A DNA stretch of 64,000 bases from the NCBI GenBank assembly GCA_014239775.1, contig JAAZYG010000023.1, positions 223-64,222 of the forward strand. The letters are read 5' to 3'. Shown piece by piece: positions 9,413-19,320 of the stretch. A model generated the notes under the pieces. The model did no database searches, was not told where the DNA came from, and worked only from the letters and a program-made list of their open reading frames with translations. A program made the position numbers and the translations under genes. Origin of the DNA: Candidatus Uhrbacteria bacterium. GTDB taxonomy: Bacteria > Patescibacteriota > Patescibacteriia > UBA9934 > GWF2-40-263. Positions within the stretch are counted from its first letter, which is position 1, and every line of letters begins with the position of its first letter.

Positions 9413-10468
9413 ATGCAACTTGAGTCATTTGAAATTGTAAGAGTTCTTTTACTTAGCGCATTTGCTTTTGTTTTTGCTTTTTTATGGGCACCAATGTTAA
9501 TAGTTTGGCTTAATAAGTTTAAAATGGGTAAGTCTATTAGAGCTGTTAGTGATGCACCTATTTTTGCAAAATTACATGCCAAAAAGCAAGGAACTCCAAC
9601 GATGGGCGGTATATTAATATGGGTCACTGTATTTGTAATGGCAATTGTTTTGAACAAAATTGCACCATTATTTCCTGCTGACTCAATGCTGTCTAAGTTA
9701 AATTTTTTATCTAGATCAGAAACCTTGTTGCCACTTGGTGCTCTTGTTGCATCTGCTATTGTTGGATTCATTGATGATTATTTTAATGTAAAAGGAATTG
9801 GTCCAAAAGGTGGGGGATTGAGAATGCGTCATAGATTGGCAATATATACGTTTATTGCCATAATTGGTGCTTGGTGGTTTAGAGTGAAACTTGATTGGGA
9901 TTTGTTGCATGTTCCGTTTATAGGGGATTTTAATATCGGTATTTGGTATGTGCCATTTTTTATTTTTGTAATTGTTGCAACAGCTTTTTCAGTTAATGAA
10001 GCAGATGGTCTGGATGGTTTGGCTGGTGGCACACTTCTTACATCTTTTGCTTCTTTTGCAATTATTTCATTTGCACAAGGAAGATATGATTTGGCTGTAT
10101 TTTGTGGTGTTATTTTAGGTGCTTTACTTGCGTTTTTATGGTTTAACATAAACCCTGCATCATTTTTTATGGGTGACACAGGTGCAATGTCACTTGGTGT
10201 TACATTGGGGATTGTTGCAATGCTTACAAATTCAGCTTTACTTTTACCAATAATTGGTTTTGTTTTTGTTATGGAGTCTGCGTCTGTGTTGTCACAAATT
10301 GTTTCCAAAAGAGTCTTTAAAAGAAAATTATTTAAATCCGCACCGTTTCATCATCATTTGGAAGCAATTGGTTGGCCAGAACCACAAATAGTCATGAGAC
10401 TATGGGTGGTGTCTATGGTATTTGCTTCTATTGGTGTGTCTTTGGCGTTGCTTGATGCCTTAATGTAA
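9413..10468 (+). CDS. mraY: Phospho-N-acetylmuramoyl-pentapeptide transferase
   Basis: KQGTPTMGG and GLDGLAGG motifs in a polytopic membrane protein. Confidence 0.85.
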   Translation: MQLESFEIVRVLLLSAFAFVFAFLWAPMLIVWLNKFKMGKSIRAVSDAPIFAKLHAKKQGTPTMGGILIWVTVFVMAIVLNKIAPLFPADSMLSKLNFLSRSETLLPLGALVASAIVGFIDDYFNVKGIGPKGGGLRMRHRLAIYTFIAIIGAWWFRVKLDWDLLHVPFIGDFNIGIWYVPFFIFVIVATAFSVNEADGLDGLAGGTLLTSFASFAIISFAQGRYDLAVFCGVILGALLAFLWFNINPASFFMGDTGAMSLGVTLGIVAMLTNSALLLPIIGFVFVMESASVLSQIVSKRVFKRKLFKSAPFHHHLEAIGWPEPQIVMRLWVVSMVFASIGVSLALLDALM

Positions 10469-10470
10469 AA

Positions 10471-11580
10471 ATGCGTAAATCATCTGGAGTCATTGATAAC
10501 ATGTTGTTGGGGGTCGTTGTAACGATCATTGTTTTTGGATTAATAATGCTTTTATCTGCATCTGGTCCAAGTGGGTATACTCAATTTTCAGATAGTTATT
10601 ATTTTGTTAAGCATCAAATTATTTTTGGTTTAATTCCTGGCGTTGCTGCAATGTTGATGTTTTCTCATATTCCATATACGTTTTGGAAAAAACATGCATG
10701 GCATTTATTGCTTATATCAATAACATTGTTGTTATTGGTCTTTATTCCAGGTTTGTCTGCCGGCATCGGTTCAGCACACAGTTGGATTTCAATTGGTGGT
10801 TTTTTCTCATTGCAACCTTCTGAGATTGTAAAACTTACGTTTTTATTTTATTTGGCTGCATGGTTAGGACAAAGATCTCAACATGGTGTTCGTGATGTTC
10901 ATTCTGGTTTATTGCCTTTTGTTCTTGTGTTGGGCTCAGTGTTGGTACTACTAATTCTTCAGCCTGACATAGGTACAATGTCTATCATTGCTGGCATGTC
11001 TTTGATGGTTTATTTTGTTGCAGGTGCACCAATTGCATATGTATTAGGTTTTATTATTGCTGGCATTTCAGCTTTTGCACTACTTATTAAGGCTGCGCCA
11101 TATAGAGCAGCAAGGTTTACTACATTTTTACACCCCGAACTTGACCCACAAGGAATCGGGTACCATATAAATCAATCATTATTAGCAATTGGTTCTGGTG
11201 GAATGTTTGGTGTTGGTTATGGAAGATCGCGTCAAAAATTTCAATACTTACCAGAGGTATCAAGTGATTCTATTTTTGCCATCATAGGAGAGGAGCTTGG
11301 ATTATTAATATCTGTTGCAACAATTGCTGCATTCCTGTTTTTATTATGGAGAATTATTAGGATCGCCAAGCATGCACCAGATAAGTTTGCTAAGTATGTG
11401 GTTGTTGGTGTTGGTTCCTGGATTGTATTACAGGCATTTGTAAATATTGGTTCAATGGTGGCACTATTACCAATAACAGGTGTTCCGTTGCCATTTATTA
11501 GTTATGGAGGTACAGCTTTAGCTGTATCAATGGCAGCAATCGGTGTTGTTTTAAATATATCTAGGTATACTAGAAAATAA
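10471..11580 (+). CDS. ftsW: SEDS family peptidoglycan polymerase (FtsW/RodA)
   Basis: SEDS topology with SWISIGGFSLQPSE and PFISYGGT motifs. Confidence 0.8.
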   Translation: MRKSSGVIDNMLLGVVVTIIVFGLIMLLSASGPSGYTQFSDSYYFVKHQIIFGLIPGVAAMLMFSHIPYTFWKKHAWHLLLISITLLLLVFIPGLSAGIGSAHSWISIGGFFSLQPSEIVKLTFLFYLAAWLGQRSQHGVRDVHSGLLPFVLVLGSVLVLLILQPDIGTMSIIAGMSLMVYFVAGAPIAYVLGFIIAGISAFALLIKAAPYRAARFTTFLHPELDPQGIGYHINQSLLAIGSGGMFGVGYGRSRQKFQYLPEVSSDSIFAIIGEELGLLISVATIAAFLFLLWRIIRIAKHAPDKFAKYVVVGVGSWIVLQAFVNIGSMVALLPITGVPLPFISYGGTALAVSMAAIGVVLNISRYTRK

Positions 11581-11583
11581 TAT

Positions 11584-12639
11584 ATGAAAATATTATTTAC
11601 AGGTGGTGGCACGATGGGGCCAGTTACACCACTTTTATCAATAGTCGAATCTCTTCGTTTGCATAATGAAAAGTCTGAGTTTGTATGGATAGGTACACCA
11701 AATGGCCCTGAAGCAAATGTTATTAAAAATTATGACATACCTTTTTTTGATTTACCTGTTGCAAGGCTTCCAAGGTATGTATCTGTTGAGTGGTTAATGC
11801 TGCCTTATAACCTGTTGGTTGCTTTTATAAAAGCTGCAAGGATTGTGTATAAAGAAAAACCAGACCTTATAGCGTCTGCAGGAGGATATACAAGTGTACC
11901 AGTTGTGATTGTTGGTAGAATATTACGTATCCCAGTTTGGATTCATCAGCAGGATGTTTTGCCTATTTTAACAAATAAAATATGTGCACCTTTTGCCAAT
12001 TTAATTACAGTAGCATTTGAAAAGAGTCTTGGTGATTTTCCAAAAAACAAGACAGAACTCGTTGGGAACCCAGTAAGAGGATCTTTGTTTTCTGGTAAAG
12101 AAGAAAATGCAGTTAAGTTGTTTGGGTTAAATGCAGATAAATTAACTGTTCTTGTTTTGGGTGGAGGATCTGGTTCTAAATGGATTAATGATGCAATGCT
12201 TGAAATAGGTGAAGATATAACTTCTGTTGCGAATGTAATACATATTACTGGTGTAGGTAAAAGAAATAGTGCATTGAATGATTTTGCTGACTACACTGCT
12301 GTGGAATTTTTATCAAATGAAATGAAAGATGTTCTTGCGGTTGCAGATTTGGTGGTTGGTAGAGGTGGAATGGGCATGATTACTGAATTATCAGCATTAT
12401 CTAAGCCTTCAATTTTAATTCCTTTACCCAATTCTCCTCAGAAGTACAATGTAGATATTTTAGGAGATGCAGTTGTTGTATTTGATCAGAGTAGGTCAGT
12501 TAATGATTTAAAATATACAATTCTAGAATTGCTAGAGGATAACGAAGAAAGGTTTAGGCTTTCATCAAAAATTAAAAAGATTTTGAAAACAAATATATCT
12601 GAGGAATTAATAATACTTTTAAAACGATTAGTTAAATAA
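11584..12639 (+). CDS. murG: Undecaprenyldiphospho-muramoylpentapeptide beta-N-acetylglucosaminyltransferase
   Basis: MKILFTGGGTMGPVTPLL N-terminus and a GT28 C-terminal domain. Confidence 0.85.
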   Translation: MKILFTGGGTMGPVTPLLSIVESLRLHNEKSEFVWIGTPNGPEANVIKNYDIPFFDLPVARLPRYVSVEWLMLPYNLLVAFIKAARIVYKEKPDLIASAGGYTSVPVVIVGRILRIPVWIHQQDVLPILTNKICAPFANLITVAFEKSLGDFPKNKTELVGNPVRGSLFSGKEENAVKLFGLNADKLTVLVLGGGSGSKWINDAMLEIGEDITSVANVIHITGVGKRNSALNDFADYTAVEFLSNEMKDVLAVADLVVGRGGMGMITELSALSKPSILIPLPNSPQKYNVDILGDAVVVFDQSRSVNDLKYTILELLEDNEERFRLSSKIKKILKTNISEELIILLKRLVK

Positions 12640-12640
12640 A

Positions 12641-12669
12641 ATACACATCATGATTGATGTGTATTTTTT
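12641..12669 (+). terminator. Rho-independent terminator after murG
   Basis: atacacatca/tgatgtgtat stem followed by a T5 run. Confidence 0.55.
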
Positions 12670-12690
12670 ATGTTTGTTTAATAACCTAGT

Positions 12691-12810
12691 TTATTCTTCA
12701 CTAGATGATTCTTCTGAAGATTCGTTGCTTGAACAGTTTGTGCATGTTCCAGCTTCGTTTACTTCCACCTCAGTTGCGCTACATGATGAGCATGATCCTG
12801 CATTTTCCAT
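12691..12810 (-). CDS. 39-aa Cys/Ser/Glu-rich micro-protein (MENAGSCSSCSATEVEVNEAGTCTNCSSNESSEESSSEE), two CxxC pairs
   Basis: ATG-to-TAA ORF below the track cutoff, bracketed by a near-consensus promoter and terminators; no SD. Confidence 0.3.
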   Translation of the reverse strand: MENAGSCSSCSATEVEVNEAGTCTNCSSNESSEESSSEE

Positions 12811-12841
12811 AGTGTGTATACATTATTAATTAACAGATATT

Positions 12842-12869
12842 ATTATACAGCCTGTTACATTACGTGCAA
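12842..12869 (-). promoter_or_regulatory. Minus-strand promoter TTGCAC-16-TATAAT
   Basis: Perfect -10 about 31 nt upstream of the micro-ORF ATG. Confidence 0.4.
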
Positions 12870-12900
12870 CAAAGTTAGTCACAGTGGTATGTGTATAAAA

Positions 12901-12927
12901 ACACAGCAGATAAGTGCTGTGTTTTTA
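12901..12927. terminator. Hairpin terminator abutting tRNA-Lys 3' end (bidirectional)
   Basis: acacagca...tgctgtgt stem with T runs on both strands. Confidence 0.5.
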
Positions 12928-13002
12928 TGGTGCGCCGGGTGGGATTCGAACCCACGACCTTAGGCTTAAAAGGCCTCTGCTCTACCCCTGAGCTACCAGC
13001 GC
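12928..13002 (-). tRNA. tRNA-Lys (anticodon UUU), CCA encoded
   Basis: Reverse complement GCGCTGGTAGCTCAGGGGTAGAGC...CTTTTAA...GGTTCGAATCCCACCCGGCGCACCA folds as a cloverleaf with a CUUUUAA anticodon loop. Confidence 0.9.
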
Positions 13003-13128
13003 ATAATGTAACTATTTATAGTTTTTATTCAAGCGGAGAAAATATATCAAACTTTCGTTGCTTTGACAACCTGGTATAGCAATAACAGATCTATAAAAAA
13101 TGACACTATGGTACAATAATAAAATATT

Positions 13129-15783
13129 ATGTCTAAAAATAACGATCTTTGGTACACATTAAATCCAGATGATGTACTTAATAAATTTAGTTCGGGTGAT
13201 AGTGGTCTTAAGGATTCTCAAGTAGACTCTCTACAAAAAAAATATGGATTGAACGAGCTTCCAAAAGAGAAACCACTTGAGTGGTGGTCTGTTTTATATG
13301 GTCAGTTTACAAGTCCATTGATTTCAATATTAGCAGTTGCGGCTGGTATAAGTTTTGCTCTTGGTGAAATGGTTGATGCAGGTGTTATTGCTGCTGCTGT
13401 CTTACTTAATACAATTATTGGATTTGTTCAGGAGTTTAAGGCAAGTCGTGCGCTTGAACAGTTGCAGTCTTTAGTACAACCAAATGCATTAGTGTTGCGT
13501 GCAGGAAAGAAGATTAAGGTAAAAGCACAAGAGCTTGTTCCAGGAGATATTCTTATATTAAATACAGGCGATCAGGTAACAGCAGATGCTAGATTAATAC
13601 AGTTACAGGAATTAAAAATAAATGAAGCTGCTTTAACTGGTGAGTCAATGGCAGTAGATAAAACAATAAAACCACTAGATAAAGGTGTTGTTTTGGCTGA
13701 CAGAACAAATATGGTCTATGCGGGCACAAGTGTTGTTGGTGGACGTGCACAGGCCGTTGTTGTTGCTACAGGTATAAATACTCAGATTGGTGAGATTGCA
13801 AAATTGGTGTCCACAACAGAAGAAGTAAAGACACCACTACAAGAGCAGTTGGCAAGACTTTCAAAATGGATAGCTATATTTGTTGGTGTAATAACTGTAG
13901 GTTTATTTGTTCTTGGTGTATTTATGGGTCATGGTTTGGTTGAAATGTTTGAGATGAGTGTTGCGTTAGCTGTTGCTGCTATTCCAGAAGGTTTGATAGT
14001 TTCCATGACCATAATTTTAGCTATTGGAATGCAACGGATTTTAAAGCGTAGGTCCCTGGTTAGACGTTTGGTTGCTGCTGAGACTTTGGGAAGTGTTTCT
14101 GTAATTTGTACTGACAAAACAGGTACTATTACAGAGGGTGAGATGAGGGTTACTCATCTTGTTACTTACGATCAGATTTATAATGTTTCAGAAATTGAGG
14201 TTCTAAGTAAATACAGCACAGCTGAAAAAATGGTTTTAATTTCAGCATTGTGTAACGATGCGCAGATTACATCAGAAAAAGGAAAGACTGAATATTCTGG
14301 CAATCCAACAGAAAGAGCGTTGTTGCAGTTGGTTCAAGATTTACATGGTTTGCCAGAAAATGTACAAAAACAAAATAAAAGAACTGCAGAAATTCCTTTT
14401 GATTCAAAGTACAAGTACATGGCAACTGTGAATGAGATAGGAAAAGGCCATGAAATGTTAGTAAAAGGAGCATCTGATCGTATTATAGATTTTTGCTCTA
14501 AAGTATTGATTTCAGGAAAAGAGAAGCGTCTTACAAAAGTTCAAAAGGAAAAGATACAGAAACAGATAGAAGAACTTTCGTCACAAGGTTTGAGGCTTTT
14601 GGCATTTGCATATAAACCGTTAAAATCTTCACCTAAAAAAATTGATGCAAGTGACATGTCAGATTTGGTATTTTTAGGACTTGTTGGGTTAAGTGATCCT
14701 TTAAGAAAAGAAGCAAAAGAACAAATTGAGCAAGCACGTCTAGCTGGAGTTCATACAGTTGTAATAACAGGGGATCATCCAAAAACTGCATCTGTTATTG
14801 CATCTGAAGCTGGTATTAAGGTTACAGAGAAAGGTGTTGTGACTGGAGTTGATCTTGATGGGTGGACAGATAAAGAATTTCAAAAACGTGTCAAAAATAT
14901 CACGGTCTATGCAAGGGTGGAGCCAAAACATAAGATACGCATAGTAAATGCGTGGCAAAAAGAGGATGCTGTTGTTGCTATGACCGGTGACGGTGTAAAT
15001 GACGCACCTGCATTAAAGGCTGCTAATATTGGTATTGCTGTTGGTTCTGGAACAGAAGTTGCCAAGCAAGCATCAGATCTTGTCTTACTTGATAATAACT
15101 TAGGAACAATCACATCTGCAATTGAAGAAGGTCGTGTAATTTTTGATAATATAAGAAAATCAACTGTATACTTAATGGCAGATAGTTTTACTGAGATTGT
15201 GTTGATTGGCGGCTCACTTATGATGGGACTTCCGATTCCTCTTTTGCCAGCACAAATTTTGTGGATCAACTTGGTTGCAGACAGTTTTCCAAATATTGGT
15301 TTGACTCTTGAGCCAGGTGAGAAGGATGTAATGAAAATACCTCCAAGACCAAGGTCAGAGCCTGTATTAAATAAAGATATGATCAGTATCATATTTATCA
15401 TCGGTATTGTCACTGATTTAATTTTATTTGTAATGTATGTGTGGTTATTAGGTGAATATGAAAGTGTTGAGTCTGTTAGATCTATAATGTTTGCGGCCGT
15501 TGGAATTGATTCTTTGTTGTATATTTTTGCTGTAAAGAGTTTTAGAAAAACAATCTTTAGGATTAATCCATTTTCTAATTTATGGCTTATTGCCGGTGTT
15601 TTAGTTGGATTTGCTTTAATGCTACTTGCATTAATACATCCATTCTTTCAAACAATCTTTGAGGTTACGCCTCTTAAACCATCAGATTGGGGCTTGTTAC
15701 TTATGATAGGTGTGTTAAAGTTAGTTGCGATAGAGATCGCAAAAGAATGGTTTATTGTTAGAGACAAGAAGAAATCTAACTAA
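13129..15783 (+). CDS. P-type ATPase, type IIA cation (Ca2+/Mg2+) transporter
   Basis: DKTGTITEGEM phosphorylation site, TGDGVNDAPALKAANIGIAVG hinge and IPEGL in TM4; no CPC motif. Confidence 0.88.
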   Translation: MSKNNDLWYTLNPDDVLNKFSSGDSGLKDSQVDSLQKKYGLNELPKEKPLEWWSVLYGQFTSPLISILAVAAGISFALGEMVDAGVIAAAVLLNTIIGFVQEFKASRALEQLQSLVQPNALVLRAGKKIKVKAQELVPGDILILNTGDQVTADARLIQLQELKINEAALTGESMAVDKTIKPLDKGVVLADRTNMVYAGTSVVGGRAQAVVVATGINTQIGEIAKLVSTTEEVKTPLQEQLARLSKWIAIFVGVITVGLFVLGVFMGHGLVEMFEMSVALAVAAIPEGLIVSMTIILAIGMQRILKRRSLVRRLVAAETLGSVSVICTDKTGTITEGEMRVTHLVTYDQIYNVSEIEVLSKYSTAEKMVLISALCNDAQITSEKGKTEYSGNPTERALLQLVQDLHGLPENVQKQNKRTAEIPFDSKYKYMATVNEIGKGHEMLVKGASDRIIDFCSKVLISGKEKRLTKVQKEKIQKQIEELSSQGLRLLAFAYKPLKSSPKKIDASDMSDLVFLGLVGLSDPLRKEAKEQIEQARLAGVHTVVITGDHPKTASVIASEAGIKVTEKGVVTGVDLDGWTDKEFQKRVKNITVYARVEPKHKIRIVNAWQKEDAVVAMTGDGVNDAPALKAANIGIAVGSGTEVAKQASDLVLLDNNLGTITSAIEEGRVIFDNIRKSTVYLMADSFTEIVLIGGSLMMGLPIPLLPAQILWINLVADSFPNIGLTLEPGEKDVMKIPPRPRSEPVLNKDMISIIFIIGIVTDLILFVMYVWLLGEYESVESVRSIMFAAVGIDSLLYIFAVKSFRKTIFRINPFSNLWLIAGVLVGFALMLLALIHPFFQTIFEVTPLKPSDWGLLLMIGVLKLVAIEIAKEWFIVRDKKKSN

Positions 15784-15797
15784 TTTAAGTAAAAGTT

Positions 15798-15947
15798 ATG
15801 ATCAAAGTAAGATATGCTCGATCTATTGCAAAATATTTGCGTAGACAAAAGTCAGTAATCAGAAGAAACACTGAAAACAAAGAAGAGCAAAACAAATTAA
15901 TAGAGGAACTTATTGCCAGAGTAAATGAGTCCTTGGGAATTAAATGA
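15798..15947 (+). CDS. 49-aa basic micro-protein; its stop overlaps the next ATG (ATGA)
   Basis: ORF below the track cutoff, translationally coupled to the 15944 gene. Confidence 0.3.
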   Translation: MIKVRYARSIAKYLRRQKSVIRRNTENKEEQNKLIEELIARVNESLGIK

Positions 15948-16516
15948 AGTTACCTAGCATTTTTAAGTCAATTAAAAAAACCAAACAAACTCGTGACAAA
16001 AATCGTCGCGAGTTGATTGGTTCCTCAAATCAAGCACTTAATATGTCCAAGAGGGCTATTTTTGCTTTACACAGAGGTGATAGAAAACAATCAGATAAGT
16101 TGTTGAATGGAGCGTGTGTGTTGTTTAAACAAAGTGAAAAATTATTTATACGTTTTCCAGAGCTTGCATATGAAGGTGCATATAAAGCGGCTTTAGAGGA
16201 ATATTCTGAAGCATTATTATTTAGTGGTTATTTAAAAAATGGAAAGCTTGGATCTATTGATAAACGCGCAATGTCAGCAGATATTTATATTGCTGGTTTG
16301 TGCGATACAACCGGTGAGATTGTAAGGTATGCATTAAAGTCTATTACAAGTGGAGATGTAAAATCATTAAAGCATGCATATGACACAGTTGAGAGTGTTG
16401 TTGAGTTTTTGTTGGAGCTTGATTTGACTGGTTATTTACGTACAAAATTTGATCAATCAAAGAAGAATTTAAGAAAATTAGAGGAGATGTCATATGACAT
16501 ATCCATCAGAAAATAA
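15944..16516 (+). CDS. Hypothetical all-helical protein (possibly translin-like; uncertain)
   Basis: 190-aa ORF, first full-size gene of the coupled operon. Confidence 0.45.
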   Translation: MKLPSIFKSIKKTKQTRDKNRRELIGSSNQALNMSKRAIFALHRGDRKQSDKLLNGACVLFKQSEKLFIRFPELAYEGAYKAALEEYSEALLFSGYLKNGKLGSIDKRAMSADIYIAGLCDTTGEIVRYALKSITSGDVKSLKHAYDTVESVVEFLLELDLTGYLRTKFDQSKKNLRKLEEMSYDISIRK

Positions 16517-17180
16517 TTCAGATAATCCATGGATCTATCGTCGTGATGAGATAGATCTTTTAGAAGACGAAATAGAAGATATTTATACTAGGTTTAATGG
16601 TGGCAAATCTGGCACATATGAAGAGCAGTCTGTTATTGAAGAACAGATGGAAACAGAGGACCTTTCTGATTTAGAATTAACTTTTTTACAAAGTGCGGAC
16701 ACATTAGAAAATAAGCACATTTCTGATAATTGTGCATATTTAGAATTAGAAGACATTTTATCTTTAAGGAAGATGCTTGAAGAACAAGTTCAAAGAGATC
16801 CTTTATATTCAGAATCATTTTTATGGGCAGATACTGTGTTTAAATTTGCTAAGCGCGAATATAATTCAGGAATTAATCGTTCAAAGGAAATGTTTAGAAT
16901 CTATTTGAATGTAAAAATGGTTCCAATAAAACTATCCATAACCAGATCTGAGGATGGGGTTCTGGATTCTATTTTGCTAGATATAATTGAGAAGGAATAT
17001 GGTCTTGCTTTAACATATATTGAACGGGTCATAGAGTCATTAGAGCGTTTAGTTATTGATTATGAGTATGAGACAAGAAAACTGTTGTTTGGTGCATATA
17101 AAGTACGTTCAAAGATCATTCAAGAAATAGACCGAATTCAAAAAAACAAAGGTAAAAAAGGAAAAAATGGATTGTTATGA
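16494..17180 (+). CDS. Hypothetical acidic protein
   Basis: 228-aa ORF overlapping both neighbours. Confidence 0.45.
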   Translation: MTYPSENNSDNPWIYRRDEIDLLEDEIEDIYTRFNGGKSGTYEEQSVIEEQMETEDLSDLELTFLQSADTLENKHISDNCAYLELEDILSLRKMLEEQVQRDPLYSESFLWADTVFKFAKREYNSGINRSKEMFRIYLNVKMVPIKLSITRSEDGVLDSILLDIIEKEYGLALTYIERVIESLERLVIDYEYETRKLLFGAYKVRSKIIQEIDRIQKNKGKKGKNGLL

Positions 17181-17836
17181 GTATTAAAATTGTTGCAATC
17201 ATACCTGCACATAATGAGGAACAGACAGTTGCAAATGTTATTAGAGTTTTGAAACAATCCAAAGAAATAAATGAGATAATAGTTGTTTCTGATGGTTCGA
17301 CCGATAAAACAACAGAAGTTTCAGTTCAAGCTGGTGCTACAGTCTATTCATTAAAACATCAGGGTGGTAAAGGGGAGGCATTAATGTATGCTCTTAAAAA
17401 AACAGATGCAGATATAATTGTATTTTTTGATGCCGATTTAATTGGGCTTAATGAAGAATCGGTTAGCAAGTTAATAAAACCTGTTGTTAGTGGTGAAAAG
17501 GTGATGAATGTCGGATTAAGAGATCGTGGACGGATCGGCATCGCCATAGCAAGACACATGCCTTTGATTAGTGGAGAAAGGGCATTGAAACGAGAAATAC
17601 TTGAAGCAATACCAGACAAGTATATGAACGGATTTATGATCGAGACCGCTCTTAATTATTATTGCAGAAGCCATGGGTTTTCATATGGCACTATTGTTCT
17701 TAAAGGTGTTACCATCAGACGTAAATATCAGAAGGTAAATTTGCTTACAGCTATGATACAATATGTAAAAATGTTTATTGACGTAGCAAAAGCTATGCTA
17801 ATTGTTAGATCAGCAAGATTATTTGGGAAATTTTAA
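17177..17836 (+). CDS. GT2 family glycosyltransferase (small, Dpm1/GpgS-like)
   Basis: IVAIIPAHNEE...IIVVSDGSTD...FFDADL with DxD. Confidence 0.75.
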   Translation: MSIKIVAIIPAHNEEQTVANVIRVLKQSKEINEIIVVSDGSTDKTTEVSVQAGATVYSLKHQGGKGEALMYALKKTDADIIVFFDADLIGLNEESVSKLIKPVVSGEKVMNVGLRDRGRIGIAIARHMPLISGERALKREILEAIPDKYMNGFMIETALNYYCRSHGFSYGTIVLKGVTIRRKYQKVNLLTAMIQYVKMFIDVAKAMLIVRSARLFGKF

Positions 17837-17841
17837 ATATT

Positions 17842-19320
17842 ATGTCATTAGATTTATCAAAAATAGAGAATTTTCAAGATGCAATTGTGACTGTTATGGG
17901 ACTTGGTCGTTTTAAACAGGGCAGTGGTGTTGGTGCTGCCAAATGGTTGATGAGACATGGTGCACAAATTGTAATAACCGATTTAAAATCAGAGGAAGAA
18001 TTAAGGGAGTCTGTTGAAGAAATTACAAAATGGTACTCAGAATATCGTAAAACGTGTGTTGATTGTCCAATTTATCCACCAGTCTTTGTGTTAGGTGAGC
18101 ACCATGATGAAGATTTTATGAATGTAGATTTGGTTTTACAGAATCCTGGTGTTCCAAGAGAATCTGAGTTTGTTAAAATTGCAAAAGATCATGGTATTTC
18201 TGTTGAAAGTGACGTTTCTTTATTTTTGAAGTATTGCCCATTTCCAGTCATAAGTATTACTGGCACACGTGGAAAATCTACAACCACTGCACTTTTGGGT
18301 GAGATGTTAAAACAAGATAATCCAAAAACTGTTATTGCTGGAAACATAACGCGTTCACCTCTTGAAGATCTTGATTGGATATTAAAAGAGACACAACCAG
18401 TGCCAATTATTTTAGAAATGTCTTCTTGGCTTCTTGAAAGTGTTGAAAATATTGATGTCGGACCTGATATTGCTATTTTAACTAACGCATTTAAGGATCA
18501 TTTAGATCGATATGATTCATTTGATCATTATATTCAAGCAAAAAAGATGATTTTTAAGTCTCAGTCTGAAAACCAAATAGCAATATTAAACGCCGATCAA
18601 GCGATTACTGATGATATTGTCAAAGATGTTGTAACAAAAAAGGTGTATTATTTTTCAAATAAACCTTTGAAAGATGGTATGTTCGGAGCTTATTTAGATT
18701 CTAATGTTATTAAGTTAAAGTTTAAGGATGAGGAGCATGAAATCGCATCTGTTTCAGATATTAATATTAAGGGAGATCATAATGTCGTAAATGCATTGTC
18801 TGCATCTTTGGCCGCTTATTTTTCAGGCATAAAAAATGATCAGATTAAAAAAGCATTAGGTTCTTTTTCTGGTTTGCCTGGTAGACAAGAGGTTGTTTCT
18901 GAAGTAAATGACGTTTTGTATGTAAATGACACAACATCTACTTCACCTGAAGGTGTTGGTGCTGCTTTGAGGTATTTTGGTAAAGAAGGAAATGTGGTGC
19001 TTATTGCAGGTGGCTCTTCAAAAGGTTTATCATTTGTTGAGATGGGGCAATTAATTAGAGCAGAGTGTAAGTATGTGGTTTTGTTTGAAGGATCAGCTAC
19101 AAATGATATACAAAAAGCCATAGGTGATAACATTCCAAGTTTAAGAGTTGATTCTATGTCTAAAGCTGTTGAAACAGCGGCTCAGGTTTCTGAGGCAGGA
19201 GATGTTGTTTTATTGTCACCAGGTACATCGAGTTTCGGTATATTTAAAAATGAATTTGATAGAGGCGATCAGTTTGTGAGTCAGGTTAAAAAACTGAAAG
19301 GAGTCAATGATGATAAATAG
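17842..19320 (+). CDS. murD: UDP-N-acetylmuramoylalanine--D-glutamate ligase
   Basis: N-terminal Rossmann VMGLGRFKQGSGVGAAKWL, ISITGTRGKSTTT P-loop and Mur ligase C-terminal domain. Confidence 0.85.
   Translation: MSLDLSKIENFQDAIVTVMGLGRFKQGSGVGAAKWLMRHGAQIVITDLKSEEELRESVEEITKWYSEYRKTCVDCPIYPPVFVLGEHHDEDFMNVDLVLQNPGVPRESEFVKIAKDHGISVESDVSLFLKYCPFPVISITGTRGKSTTTALLGEMLKQDNPKTVIAGNITRSPLEDLDWILKETQPVPIILEMSSWLLESVENIDVGPDIAILTNAFKDHLDRYDSFDHYIQAKKMIFKSQSENQIAILNADQAITDDIVKDVVTKKVYYFSNKPLKDGMFGAYLDSNVIKLKFKDEEHEIASVSDINIKGDHNVVNALSASLAAYFSGIKNDQIKKALGSFSGLPGRQEVVSEVNDVLYVNDTTSTSPEGVGAALRYFGKEGNVVLIAGGSSKGLSFVEMGQLIRAECKYVVLFEGSATNDIQKAIGDNIPSLRVDSMSKAVETAAQVSEAGDVVLLSPGTSSFGIFKNEFDRGDQFVSQVKKLKGVNDDK

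Noticed and set aside
9388-10308. Long minus-strand ORFs (9388..9771, 9829..10308) inside mraY
   Set aside because: They are antisense shadows of a strongly conserved plus-strand gene and have no independent signals.
12691-12810. Cys/Ser/Thr-rich 39-aa peptide as a RiPP (lanthi- or thiopeptide) precursor
   Set aside because: No dehydratase, cyclase, YcaO, radical-SAM or peptidase genes are within the window. It is kept as a micro-protein or sRNA candidate only.
12891-13079. 62-aa plus-strand ORF in the track overlapping tRNA-Lys
   Set aside because: The region is fully explained by a minus-strand tRNA with a canonical cloverleaf.
14907-15413. 168-aa minus-strand ORF inside the P-type ATPase gene
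   Set aside because: Shadow ORF; the plus frame carries the TGDGVNDAPAL hinge motif.
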